Assembly (NCBI GenBank): GCA_963803435.1
Contig: CAWDML010000005.1
Location: 448,001-512,000 of the forward strand
Origin: an uncultured delta proteobacterium
GTDB taxonomy: Bacteria > Myxococcota > Kuafuiibacteriia > Kuafuiibacteriales > Kuafuiibacteriaceae
Direction: 5' to 3'
Length of the DNA stretch: 64,000 bases
In this document: positions 19,928 through 29,704 of the stretch, piece after piece
Layout of the letters: each line of letters opens with the position of its first letter
Numbering within the stretch: position 1 is the first letter of the stretch
Program-made: the position numbers and the translations under genes
Notes under the pieces: model-generated
The model's database searches: none
The model's input: only the letters and a program-made list of their open reading frames with translations
Told to the model about the DNA's origin: nothing

Positions 19928-20471
19928 GAAGATCAAGACGCTCTCCTCCCCGCCGCCAAGGCCGGTTCGCAAGAGAGGTCGACTAAGTCTAGATTTTCTT
20001 TGCACAAACAGGCTAGAAGCATCACTCCATCGACTCGAGTCATCTCCTCCAGGCCGGCGCCTTGAGATGAAAATAATCTGTATCATCCGATGGTTGGGTG
20101 CGTTCGTCTCATCGCTTGAGACGAACCAAGAGCGGCCCGGGTTGAGGGGTTCTACCTATGCTCTTGAGTGTCTTGAGCAAACCTCGGGATGGACACCGAT
20201 CGCTTGCTTGGACGCTTGTGCTCGCGACACTGAGCGTGTTGCGCGGGGCGATCGCCCGCTTCGTCGCCTTGTCCACGCACATTCGTCTTAGGGACAATAC
20301 CGATCGGTTAAGCCCAAGGGATCGAAATGATCGAGCTTTCGGCGACGGGCTTTGGGGCGGCTTTGGGCCAAAGGTGCAGACGTTCACGGACGCGAAACGC
20401 GAGCCATGTCGAGCGAGCCTGCTCAAGGGATCGATCTCGTTGCGGAATCGCTTAACCGAACGGTATTGGTC

Positions 20472-20675
20472 TTAGGGAAGGCTAGAGTGGTCTCTTCGCA
20501 GATCGCTTCGAGGATCCCCCTGCTCTGCAGTCTTAGAAGTCAACGCGTCATCGAGCCGCACGGTGGTAATGCACTTCTTCCAGTCCGGCCACTGCTCCAC
20601 TTCTCGAGCCGTCTCCTCGGCGTGTTGCCAGAACTCGCGGCTCTCTTGGTCCGAACGGCTTTTGCGAAGGCTCAT
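20472..20675 (-). CDS. 67-aa hypothetical protein coupled to the dCTP deaminase
   Basis: ATGA overlap and GGAGGA RBS; sequence MSLRKSRSDQESREFWQHAEETAREVEQWPDWKK... Confidence 0.65.
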   Translation of the reverse strand: MSLRKSRSDQESREFWQHAEETAREVEQWPDWKKCITTVRLDDALTSKTAEQGDPRSDLRRDHSSLP

Positions 20676-22141
20676 TGCTTTCCTCCAACAAGATCGACCA
20701 GCGTAGCAACCGCCAGCTTCTCGATCTCTAGGTACGATGCAGGGAGCATCGGAATACGTAACCGGGCCGAATCTCTCTTCCACTCGACCTTCTCTCCATG
20801 CTTCTTCCGCTCCAACGTGCGGCCACTGCTCAGCTTCATGGAGAACAGATCAAAGAATCGTCTCGGGCCGATCCCGACAAAGGGCACGAAGGCCACGTGG
20901 TCCTCGACCGTCTTCTCCGGGTCGAGGACTAGCTCGTCCGGGTGCAGCTCCGCTGCCAGACTCTTCGGGTAGGGCTCCACGTACACGACCCTCCGAAGGC
21001 CCGCCGCGATGATGTGCTTGGCGCAGTTGTGGCACGGGAACGTCGTTGTGTAGAGGGTCCCGTCGGATGGCGAGACACCGACGCGAGCGCAACACATCAA
21101 TGCTTCCATCTCGGCGTGAACCGCTCGACCGAACTCGGTGAGATCGAGCAATCCTGTTCCCTTCAAAACGTCCCTCGCGTGCTCGAGCAGGTCACCTTCT
21201 GATCTCTCATCATCCGGCGTCAGCCTTTTCATGACCGCCAAAACGATGTCGTCCCGTCGCCTCTCGTTCGAGTCGAACCCCTTTTTGTGATCGCGCTGAT
21301 CGTGTTCACTGGGCCAGTACAGGCCCCCTCCAAACGCAGGGACGTCGTTCGCACCCGTTGCGATGAGCTCACCAGCGCTCGAGAGGATCACGGCACCGAC
21401 CTGCCGCGATAGATCCGCAGATCGAAGCGACGCGCTGTACGCCATGAACATGGCGTGCTCGTCCAAAAACGGGGTGAGATCCGGTTTCCCAAAGAGGAGA
21501 TCGAGGATGCGCCACAGCTGCTCTTTGCTGTCCGGTGCATGCAGAGAGACAAAGGCATCCGCACGCTCAAATGTATCCCGGGTCCTCTGCCCCAGCCGGT
21601 TCGGCTCATCCTCGTCGCGGCGAATGAGCTCGTTGGCTTCGTCTACCGTCATCCCTTCGTCTTCGCAGAGGTGCTTCAGCCGCATCTTCTTGGATGAGTA
21701 GACGCCGATCAGCACAAAGCCTCCACCATAGGCGGACCGTAGAGCATTGACCTCGTCCGGATGCTTCAGGGAGCGCAGGATGTGAACGGTTGGCCCGAGT
21801 GGCTCGGCCTTCGTTCTTCGGCCATGAATCGCGCTGATCGCGGACAATGCGAGAACGTCACCCCGACTTGCCGTTCGTCGCGCCTCGCTCCCCGCATCCA
21901 TGTACGAGCGGTATCGGTCGCACGCGGGCGCCTCCTTGAGCGTCGTCGTTAGCCCGCCCATCGTTCGGATGAGGGAACTCAAGCGAACCGGGTTGGCTGT
22001 ATACCGAAACTGGGCAAGCCGCTCGGTGATGATCTTTTCGATGGACGAAAGATCGGTCCCAACCGCGCCGACCAGTCCAAGGACGAGCTCTGTTTCGGCA
22101 TAGTCCGGCGGAAAAGTGGTGTTCTTGGTATCCCCATCCAC
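20672..22141 (-). CDS. avcD: anti-phage dCTP deaminase (AvcD-like kinase-deaminase fusion)
   Basis: N-terminal kinase-like GLVGAVGTD and SLKHPDEV; C-terminal SADLSRQVGA, HAEMEA and PCHNC zinc-deaminase motifs. Confidence 0.92.
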   Translation of the reverse strand: MDGDTKNTTFPPDYAETELVLGLVGAVGTDLSSIEKIITERLAQFRYTANPVRLSSLIRTMGGLTTTLKEAPACDRYRSYMDAGSEARRTASRGDVLALSAISAIHGRRTKAEPLGPTVHILRSLKHPDEVNALRSAYGGGFVLIGVYSSKKMRLKHLCEDEGMTVDEANELIRRDEDEPNRLGQRTRDTFERADAFVSLHAPDSKEQLWRILDLLFGKPDLTPFLDEHAMFMAYSASLRSADLSRQVGAVILSSAGELIATGANDVPAFGGGLYWPSEHDQRDHKKGFDSNERRRDDIVLAVMKRLTPDDERSEGDLLEHARDVLKGTGLLDLTEFGRAVHAEMEALMCCARVGVSPSDGTLYTTTFPCHNCAKHIIAAGLRRVVYVEPYPKSLAAELHPDELVLDPEKTVEDHVAFVPFVGIGPRRFFDLFSMKLSSGRTLERKKHGEKVEWKRDSARLRIPMLPASYLEIEKLAVATLVDLVGGKQ

Positions 22142-22746
22142 GAGCGCATCCTAGACGATTCCGTGATCGCCAGATAGAAGCAGATTGGCACGCGCAAGCC
22201 CAGCCCACGCCATGGCAAGGACCTGGAGCCGCCGATGCGTTTCCGGCTGAACCCAAGTACGCCGATTCGCCCCGACCGCGCTCGTCCCGCGGTCTAGTCT
22301 CGGACGGCTCTTCGGGAGCCGTACTTCCGCTTCCGAGCGGAATGACCTCTGCTTCGATGGGGTTCCAACGCCGTGATCGGGCATGAACGGTGTCGCGACG
22401 ATCAAGGCACGAATCGATGGCTCAGCACCGCCATCGGTCATCTGGATCGTCGGATGTCGAAGCCCGTCCCCGCCTTGCTGAGACCCGGGCAGTACGCATC
22501 TGCGCGCGTGTCCTTTGCGCAGATTGCGGAAGTAATCTGCACAGGCGGGGAGCTCGTCATGAGCATAGGCTGCCGCCGGGCTCGAGGCGGATGCGCATGG
22601 CTCCCGCTACAACCCATCCCAAAGCTAAGAGCGGCGATGACCTCCAACCGCCGAGCTTTGGGGCGTAATGACCCCTTCGGTGGCTCCGACGCCAAACGTC
22701 GCAGCCACGACCCCTGGACTCGATCGTGCAGGGAGATGTCCGACAA

Positions 22747-23784
22747 ATGAAAGCTCTCGTCTACCACGGGCCCACGAAAATCGAATTGGAGGAGCACTCG
22801 GTGCCCGAGATTACGTCGCCGACCGACGCAATCATCAAGGTGACGAAGACGACCGTCTGCGGCACCGACCTCCACATCCTCAAGGGCGACCTCCCAGGCT
22901 GCAAGCCCGGTCGCATCCTTGGCCATGAGGGCATCGGCGTCGTGGAGAAGATTGGTCCGGCTGTCACCGCGTTCAAGCGTGGGGATCGGGTCCTCATCTC
23001 CTGCGTAACCGCTTGCGGAAGGTGCGCATACTGTCGGAGGCAGATGTATTCGCACTGCACCACCGGCGGCTGGATCCTCGGCAACACCATCGACGGGACC
23101 CAGGCTGAGTTCGTGCGCATTCCACACGCGGATACGAGCCTCTACCCCATCCCGGACGGGGCCGACGAAGAGGCCATGGTCATGTTGAGCGACATCCTGC
23201 CGACCGGCTTCGAGTGCGGCGTGCTCAACGGCAAAGTTCAGCCTGGGAGTACCGTTGCGATCGTTGGTGCGGGACCGATCGGTCTCGCCGCCCTGCTGAC
23301 CGCACAATTTTATTCTCCGGCCGAGATCGTGATGATCGACCTCGACGAGAATCGCCTCGCGGTGGCCAAGCGCTTCGGCGCCACGGCGACGATCAACAGC
23401 ACGGACGGCAAGGCTGCCGCCGCGGTCATGAAGCAAACCGACGGGCGGGGTGTCGATACCGTGATCGAGGCGGTCGGCCTCGCGGCGACCTTCGAGCTCT
23501 GCGAGAAACTCGTTGCACCGGGCGGAACCATCGCCAACATCGGAGTGCACGGAACCAGTGCAACACTCCAACTCCAGGAGCTCTGGGATCGTAACATCAC
23601 GATCACGACGCGCCTCGTCGACACGGTCAGTACCCCAATGCTGATCAAGCTCTTGAGTGCTCACAAGATCGACCCGAAGCAACTCATCACGCACCGCTTC
23701 AAGCTGGACCGAATCCTCGAGGCCTACGACACCTTCGGACACGCGGCGAAGACGCGGGCGTTGAAGGTCCTCATCGAAGCGTAG
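22747..23784 (+). CDS. zinc-dependent alcohol dehydrogenase
   Basis: CGTDLH, GHEG, CGRCAYC...C and GAGPIG motifs. Confidence 0.95.
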   Translation: MKALVYHGPTKIELEEHSVPEITSPTDAIIKVTKTTVCGTDLHILKGDLPGCKPGRILGHEGIGVVEKIGPAVTAFKRGDRVLISCVTACGRCAYCRRQMYSHCTTGGWILGNTIDGTQAEFVRIPHADTSLYPIPDGADEEAMVMLSDILPTGFECGVLNGKVQPGSTVAIVGAGPIGLAALLTAQFYSPAEIVMIDLDENRLAVAKRFGATATINSTDGKAAAAVMKQTDGRGVDTVIEAVGLAATFELCEKLVAPGGTIANIGVHGTSATLQLQELWDRNITITTRLVDTVSTPMLIKLLSAHKIDPKQLITHRFKLDRILEAYDTFGHAAKTRALKVLIEA

Positions 23785-23863
23785 AACTCTGTTAGGATAG
23801 CGTGGGAGCAACGAGTCGCCAGCGCATCGACGTGCGGCTCGCGCCCACCCCGAAGCCGCCTCA

Positions 23864-24799
23864 ATGCCCGCGTCATCCAAGAGAGCATTGATCGGCGCAC
23901 TGGCCGCGAATCTTGGCATCGCCGCAACGAAGTTCACCGTCGGAGCGATCACGGGCAGCACCGTCATGATTGCGGAAGGGATCCATTCGCTCGTCGATAC
24001 CGGCAACTCGGGTCTGATGCTCTTCGGTCAGAGACGCAGTCGCCGCCCGCCAGACGATGTTCACCCCTTCGGCTATGGGATGGAGCTGTACTTCTGGAGC
24101 TTCGTGGTCGCGATGGTCGTCTTCGGTGGGGGTGGTGGCCTCTCGATCTACGAAGGCATTCGCGCAACCATCCATCCGCGACCGATCACCAGCCTCTGGC
24201 CCAACTACCTCGTCATCGTCGTTGCTGCGATCTTCGAGGCCGCCTCGTTGGCGGTCGGCGTCCGCGAATTCACCGCGTACCGTCGGGAAAGGGCCTTCTC
24301 CGGGTCAATGCTCAGCGTGATGCGAGCGAGCAAGAATCCGGCGATCTTTCTGACGGTCCTCGAGGACTCGGCAGCACTCGTCGGTTTGGCGATTGCCGCA
24401 GCGGGCATTGCGCTGGGCCGCTGGCTGTCGTTCCCGGAGATAGATGGCATCGCGTCGATTCTCATCGGTTTGGTGCTGGTGCTTGAGGCCTCATTGCTGG
24501 GGTACGAGTGTCGCGGGCTCATCATCGGCGAATCGGCTCGTCCGATGGTCATCGAGAAGATCCGACTCATCGCCGCGGAGCATCACGAAGTCGGGGTCGT
24601 CGAGGCGATGCGCACCTTGCAGCTGGGCCCCGATTCCATCCTGGTTGTTTTGCGGATCCGGTTCCCCGTCGCCCAGGGTGTCGGCGATCTGGAAGGCGCC
24701 ATCGATCGCCTCGTCGTCGAGCTTCGCGCTGCCATCCCTTCGATCACGCACGTGGTCTTCGACGTCGCTCCACCATCCACCGCGACACCTACGGAGTGA
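23864..24799 (+). CDS. cation diffusion facilitator family transporter
   Basis: AEGIHSLVD, HPFGYG and EDSAA motifs; six hydrophobic segments. Confidence 0.92.
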   Translation: MPASSKRALIGALAANLGIAATKFTVGAITGSTVMIAEGIHSLVDTGNSGLMLFGQRRSRRPPDDVHPFGYGMELYFWSFVVAMVVFGGGGGLSIYEGIRATIHPRPITSLWPNYLVIVVAAIFEAASLAVGVREFTAYRRERAFSGSMLSVMRASKNPAIFLTVLEDSAALVGLAIAAAGIALGRWLSFPEIDGIASILIGLVLVLEASLLGYECRGLIIGESARPMVIEKIRLIAAEHHEVGVVEAMRTLQLGPDSILVVLRIRFPVAQGVGDLEGAIDRLVVELRAAIPSITHVVFDVAPPSTATPTE

Positions 24800-24936
24800 G
24801 CGAGTCTTTGCTCGTCAATCGCCAGCTCGAGGTCCTCTTCGGCGATGGATTCGACCGAAGGCGCACCTCTCCAACCGGTCGCGCCGGGAGCGCACACGCC
24901 GAAGCGGACGGTTCGAGCTTCCGAAACGATGCACCG

Positions 24937-26334
24937 TCACGGCGCTCTCCTCCCGGCAGCCTGAGGCGCGTGCCAGCCGCCGGCCCCCTCGATCAGACGG
25001 TCGGCCGCGGCCGGTCCCCAAGTGCCGGCCCTGTACTCGTCGGGCAGAGCGGTGCTCTCCAAGATCGGTGCGACGATGCGCCACTCCGCCTCGACCGCGT
25101 CTTCGCGCGCAAACAGCGTCGGATCGCCCTTCATCGCGTCGCCGAGAAGTCGCTCGTAGGCATCCATCTCCTCGCCGCCGCCCTGAGTGGCGAGGAGCTC
25201 GACCTCCTGGCCGACCATCGCCTCCCCCGCAGTCTTGGAACGGACCCCGAGCGCGATGGCGACGTCGGGGCCGAGCCGGAAGCGCAGATAGTTCGGCCCG
25301 GCCACCCTCTCCCCGAAACAAGCGGTCGGCGGCACCTTGAACTCGACCCGGACCTCGGTGCACGTCAGCGGTAGACACTTGCCAGCCCGGATATAGAAGG
25401 GCACGCCGGCCCAGCGCCAGTTGTCGATCTCGAGCTTCAGCGCGGCAAAGGTCTCGACCTTCGAATTCGCGGCGACCCCGGGCTCTCTGCGGTAGCTGTG
25501 AAACTGTCCCCGCACTACGTTCTTCGGATCGAGCGGCGTGATCGCCTCGAGGACTCGCGCCTTCTCGCCACGCACCGTCTCGGGATGACCCGCCGACGGG
25601 GCGTCCATCGCCAAACAGGCGGTCACCTGGAGAAGGTGGTTCTCAATCACGTCGCGGATCGCGCCGGTCTGCTCGTAGAAGGCACCTCGGCCTTCGACCC
25701 CGAAGCTCTCCGCCATGGTGATCTGCACGTTGTCGACGTGGTCGCGATTCCAGAGTGGCTCGAGGAAAGAGTTGCTAAAGCGAAAGTAGAGCAGGTTTTG
25801 GACCGGCTCTTTGCCGAGGTAATGGTCGATACGGAAGACACTCTCCTCGGGGAACACGGCGAGGAGCGCGCGGTTGAGCGCTTGGGCTGAAGCGAGATCG
25901 CGGCCGAAGGGCTTCTCGGCCACTACCCGGCCGCCGCGTGCGCAGCCGGAGTCGCCAAGGTGCTTGACGACGGTGGAGAAGAGGCTGGTTGGGACGGCGA
26001 GATAGTGGAGCGGCCGCTCCGCCGAGCCCAGCGCACGACGCAGGCGATCGAAGGTCGCCGGCTCCTCGTAGTCGCCGTCCACGTATTGAAGCAACGCCGA
26101 GAGCTTCTCGAATGCCGTGTCATCAACGCCCCCGCCATGCTTCTCGAGGCTGTCTCTGAGGCGCGTGCGCAAGCGATCGACGGTCCACTGCTCTTTCGCC
26201 ACACCGATGATCGGCACCTCGATGTGGCCGCGCTTCACCATCGACTGGAGTGCTGGGAAGATCTTCTTGTGGGCCAGATCGCCCGTCGCTCCGAAGAAGA
26301 CCAGCGCATCGGACCTCAACTCTTCTGATCGCAT
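24937..26334 (-). CDS. zwf: glucose-6-phosphate dehydrogenase
   Basis: GATGDLA, EKPFG and RIDHYLGKE motifs. Confidence 0.97.
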   Translation of the reverse strand: MRSEELRSDALVFFGATGDLAHKKIFPALQSMVKRGHIEVPIIGVAKEQWTVDRLRTRLRDSLEKHGGGVDDTAFEKLSALLQYVDGDYEEPATFDRLRRALGSAERPLHYLAVPTSLFSTVVKHLGDSGCARGGRVVAEKPFGRDLASAQALNRALLAVFPEESVFRIDHYLGKEPVQNLLYFRFSNSFLEPLWNRDHVDNVQITMAESFGVEGRGAFYEQTGAIRDVIENHLLQVTACLAMDAPSAGHPETVRGEKARVLEAITPLDPKNVVRGQFHSYRREPGVAANSKVETFAALKLEIDNWRWAGVPFYIRAGKCLPLTCTEVRVEFKVPPTACFGERVAGPNYLRFRLGPDVAIALGVRSKTAGEAMVGQEVELLATQGGGEEMDAYERLLGDAMKGDPTLFAREDAVEAEWRIVAPILESTALPDEYRAGTWGPAAADRLIEGAGGWHAPQAAGRRAP

Positions 26335-26774
26335 CCCTTCTCCCCAACCTCAGGCGACGACAACTGCGATGTGGATACGCTCTCATCGATGGGTGGGTGG
26401 CAACCGAAAGGTGGAGCGCGTTCTAATGCACATCGTGATCGTCTCGACGGCGATGGCGGTCCTCGCGAGATCCAAGCCGGTGTCATGCGTGCGTCGTCGA
26501 AGCCACCCCGGTGGGCGCGCCCTCGCGCTAGCCGAGCCGACCTAAAAGGGGCGTCCAGTCATCTGCCTTCTCACCTCGATCGCCGGGCAAGCGGGGGCTC
26601 ACTCGAGCGGGACAATTCCCCACAACCGAGGCGAAAGTACGCAGTCGACACGGGATCAACTGACGGCCCTCTCCGCGGTGTCGCTCGCGGCACAAGTCTT
26701 GCTCAACCCTCTGCGCCACGATCAATCCACGGCAGTTTCCCAGACGGAAGACGTTCCGTCCGCAGAGGTCATCC

Positions 26775-27008
26775 ATGTCTCATCACGCGTCCCACGCAGT
26801 CCATGAAAGCTCGAGCTCGAGCTCGAACGGCTCGAAACCGACCACCGATTCGAAGCTGAAGCACCAAAGTGCGATCGCGATCCCGCAGGAAGCGATCGCC
26901 AAGCGCGCCTACGAGAAGTACACAGCCCGCGGCTGCGTTCATGGTTTCGACCAGCAGGACTGGTCGGAGGCCAGCCGGGAGCTGATCGTCGAGGCGCTCG
27001 CGCACTGA
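26775..27008 (+). CDS. DUF2934-like small protein
   Basis: IAKRAYEKY..RG..HG...DW..A..EL motif. Confidence 0.8.
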   Translation: MSHHASHAVHESSSSSSNGSKPTTDSKLKHQSAIAIPQEAIAKRAYEKYTARGCVHGFDQQDWSEASRELIVEALAH

Positions 27009-27081
27009 ACCCCGGCGAGACCCGAGGACACATCTTGGAGGTCTGAAACGCTCTGACATCGGGGAGCGGCGGAGAAATCAC

Positions 27082-27882
27082 ATGCTGCGAAGCTTGAAAG
27101 CTCTCGAACGATATACGGTAAGCGCCAGCGATGGCGACATTGGAAATGTCGTAAACTTCCTCTTGGACGATGAGCGTTGGATCGTTCGCTATCTGGTCGT
27201 CGAGTCGGGTGGTTTCATCGATGCGCCCCGCGTCCTCATCTCGCCCATCTCCTTTCGAGATGTCGAGTGGTCGACAAGGCACTTCAATCTCGCGTTGACC
27301 AAGGACAAGGTGAAGAACAGCCCCAGCATCGACGTCGATAAGCCTGTCTCGCGCCAGCATGAAGGGGACTACTTCCGCTACTATGGTTATCCTTCCTACT
27401 GGGGAGGAGGCTCGGGATTCTGGGGGATGGGGTCCTATCCGGGCTTGCTTGCGACGGGCCGGTGGAACGACGCGCCGGTGGATCATTCCACGAACTCTGG
27501 CGATGTCCATTTGCGGAGCGCCAGGGAGGTCCGCGGATACCATGTTCAGGGAAATGACGATGCGATTGGTCATGTCGAAGACTTCATCGTCGACGACGAG
27601 ACCTGGGCGGTTTGCTACCTCGTGATCGATACCCGGAACTGGTGGTTCGGCAAGAAGGTGTTGATTGCGCCGCATTGGGCAAGTCGCGTCAGTTGGGAGG
27701 CAAGGAAGGTCTTCGTCGACATGTCCCGGGAAGCGATCAAGAACAGTCCGGAATGGGACGCTGACGCACCCATCGATCGCGAGTTTGAAACGCGGCTGTA
27801 TGCCCACTACGGGCGCCCGTCATACTGGCCCAGTGGCAGCGATCGCCGCACCGAGAAGCCGGCAGCACACCAGCGCCCGTAA
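27082..27882 (+). CDS. PRC-barrel domain protein
   Basis: Two DG.IG.V.DF..DD..W...YLV repeats. Confidence 0.9.
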   Translation: MLRSLKALERYTVSASDGDIGNVVNFLLDDERWIVRYLVVESGGFIDAPRVLISPISFRDVEWSTRHFNLALTKDKVKNSPSIDVDKPVSRQHEGDYFRYYGYPSYWGGGSGFWGMGSYPGLLATGRWNDAPVDHSTNSGDVHLRSAREVRGYHVQGNDDAIGHVEDFIVDDETWAVCYLVIDTRNWWFGKKVLIAPHWASRVSWEARKVFVDMSREAIKNSPEWDADAPIDREFETRLYAHYGRPSYWPSGSDRRTEKPAAHQRP

Positions 27883-28019
27883 CCCGCGCTCACTGAGCAA
27901 CCTGAGCATTGCGACGTGGCCTGCGCACTGCCCAAGAGCCTGCAGAGCGCCGGTTCGAAAGCTGACTGCTCTGACGAGCGCAAAGGTCGGCAAATGATTG
28001 AACGACGAGGAGAACACCA

Positions 28020-28535
28020 ATGGTACGCGAGAATTCGATGGTTTGCGTTTACAACACCCACACCGAAGCAGAGGCCGCCGTGAAGACGCTTCAGACTGCT
28101 GGCTTCGACATGAAGAAGCTCTCGATCGTGGGGAAGGAGTATCACACCGAGGAACACCCGATCGGCTATTACAACACGGGCGATCGGATGAAGTATTGGG
28201 GCAGCCGGGGCGCGTTCTGGGGCGGTCTTTGGGGGTTCCTGTTTGGTTCAGCTTTCTTCCTCATCCCCGGAATCGGCCCGCTGGTGGTGGCAGGTCCGCT
28301 TGTCTCCTGGATCGTCGGCGCGCTCGAAGGCGCGGCTGTCGTCGGCGGACTGAGCGCTCTCGGCGCCGGCCTCTATAGCATCGGGATCCCTAAGGACAGC
28401 GTGGTCAAATACGAAACGGCGATCAAGTCCGGGAGGTTTCTGCTGCTTGCCCACGGAACAGCCGCAGACGTGTCCAGGGCCAAGGAAATTGTATTTTCGA
28501 CGAAGCCGGCAGAATCCGACGTGCATCTCGCGTGA
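28020..28535 (+). CDS. general stress protein-like membrane protein
   Basis: EAAVKTLQ.AGF...LSIVGK motif, Gly-zipper, and IPGIGPLVVAGP. Confidence 0.8.
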   Translation: MVRENSMVCVYNTHTEAEAAVKTLQTAGFDMKKLSIVGKEYHTEEHPIGYYNTGDRMKYWGSRGAFWGGLWGFLFGSAFFLIPGIGPLVVAGPLVSWIVGALEGAAVVGGLSALGAGLYSIGIPKDSVVKYETAIKSGRFLLLAHGTAADVSRAKEIVFSTKPAESDVHLA

Positions 28536-28658
28536 ACCACTGACTCCAACATCGTCGGTACGCGCGTCTCGACACGCCCTGGCGGCCCGCTCCAGAGCTT
28601 CCAGGAGACCGCGAGCCAACAAGGGCGCCGACCCGAGCACGGAGAGAAGGAGGACGGC

Positions 28659-29663
28659 TTGAAATTGGGAATGGTCGGCCTCGGCCGAATGGGCTCCAAC
28701 ATGGTTCGCCGTCTGATCGGAAGCGGACATCAATGCGTCGTTTTCGATATTCAGCCAGCGGCCGTCCTCGAGCTGGGCAAAGCGGGCGCGATCGCGACGC
28801 GATCGTTGGCCGAATTCATCTCCAAGCTGGAGACACCGCGGGCGATCTGGATCATGGTGCCCGCGTCCGTCGTAGATTCCACGCTCAGCGAGCTGACCAC
28901 GTTCTTGGCGCCTGACGACGTCGTCATCGACGGAGGCAACTCGTACTATCACGACGACATTCGACGGGCAGAGACGCTGAGAAGAAGCGGAGTCCACTAT
29001 GTGGACGTCGGCACCTCAGGCGGCGTCTGGGGTTTGGATCGCGGTTACTGCCAAATGATCGGCGGCGAGGCCGCGATCGTGAAAAGGCTCGACGGCATCT
29101 TTGCCGCGTTGGCTCCTGGCCAAGAGGGAGCGCCAAAGGATGATCGCGATAGGAGCCGCACCGCCCAGCGGGGCTACATCCACTGCGGATCCTCGGGTGC
29201 CGGGCATTTCGTCAAGATGGTTCACAACGGGATCGAGTACGGGCTCATGGCGGCGTACGCGGAAGGGCTCAGCATCCTCCGCCACGCCAACGCCGGGAAG
29301 GCTGAGCGCGCGGCCGACGCCGAGACCACGCCGCTTCGGCACCCGGAACACTACCTGTACGACCTGAACCTCCCCGACATCGTCGAGGCATGGCGGCACG
29401 GTAGTGTCATCGGTTCCTGGCTTCTCGAGCTCACCGGCGTGGCGCTGACGGAGAGCCCCGACCTCAGCCGATTCGCGGGCCGTGTCTCCGACTCGGGTGA
29501 GGGACGATGGACGCTCAAAGCGTCTATCGACGAGGGCGTGCCCGCACCCGTCTTGAGCGCCGCGTTGATGCAGCGCTTTGCTTCTCGGGGCGAGGAGGAC
29601 TTCGCCAACAAGCTGCTCTCCGCGCTGCGGTTCCAGTTCGGCGGACACGTGGAGAAGCGCTGA
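28659..29663 (+). CDS. gnd: 6-phosphogluconate dehydrogenase (decarboxylating, short type)
   Basis: GLGRMG, IDGGNS, DVGTSGG, GHFVKMVHNGIEYG and DSGEGRW motifs. Confidence 0.96.
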   Translation: MKLGMVGLGRMGSNMVRRLIGSGHQCVVFDIQPAAVLELGKAGAIATRSLAEFISKLETPRAIWIMVPASVVDSTLSELTTFLAPDDVVIDGGNSYYHDDIRRAETLRRSGVHYVDVGTSGGVWGLDRGYCQMIGGEAAIVKRLDGIFAALAPGQEGAPKDDRDRSRTAQRGYIHCGSSGAGHFVKMVHNGIEYGLMAAYAEGLSILRHANAGKAERAADAETTPLRHPEHYLYDLNLPDIVEAWRHGSVIGSWLLELTGVALTESPDLSRFAGRVSDSGEGRWTLKASIDEGVPAPVLSAALMQRFASRGEEDFANKLLSALRFQFGGHVEKR

Positions 29664-29704
29664 GAAGATGGTTGTCTGCCAAAAAACACCGTGAATGAGC
29701 CCGC

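Noticed and set aside
22438-24006. 522-aa minus-strand ORF
   Set aside because: Antisense shadow of the alcohol dehydrogenase gene, as expected in high-GC DNA.
26335-26775. FNR/CRP box controlling the metabolic cluster
   Set aside because: I found no convincing TTGAT-N4-ATCAA or TGTGA-N6-TCACA match by eye.
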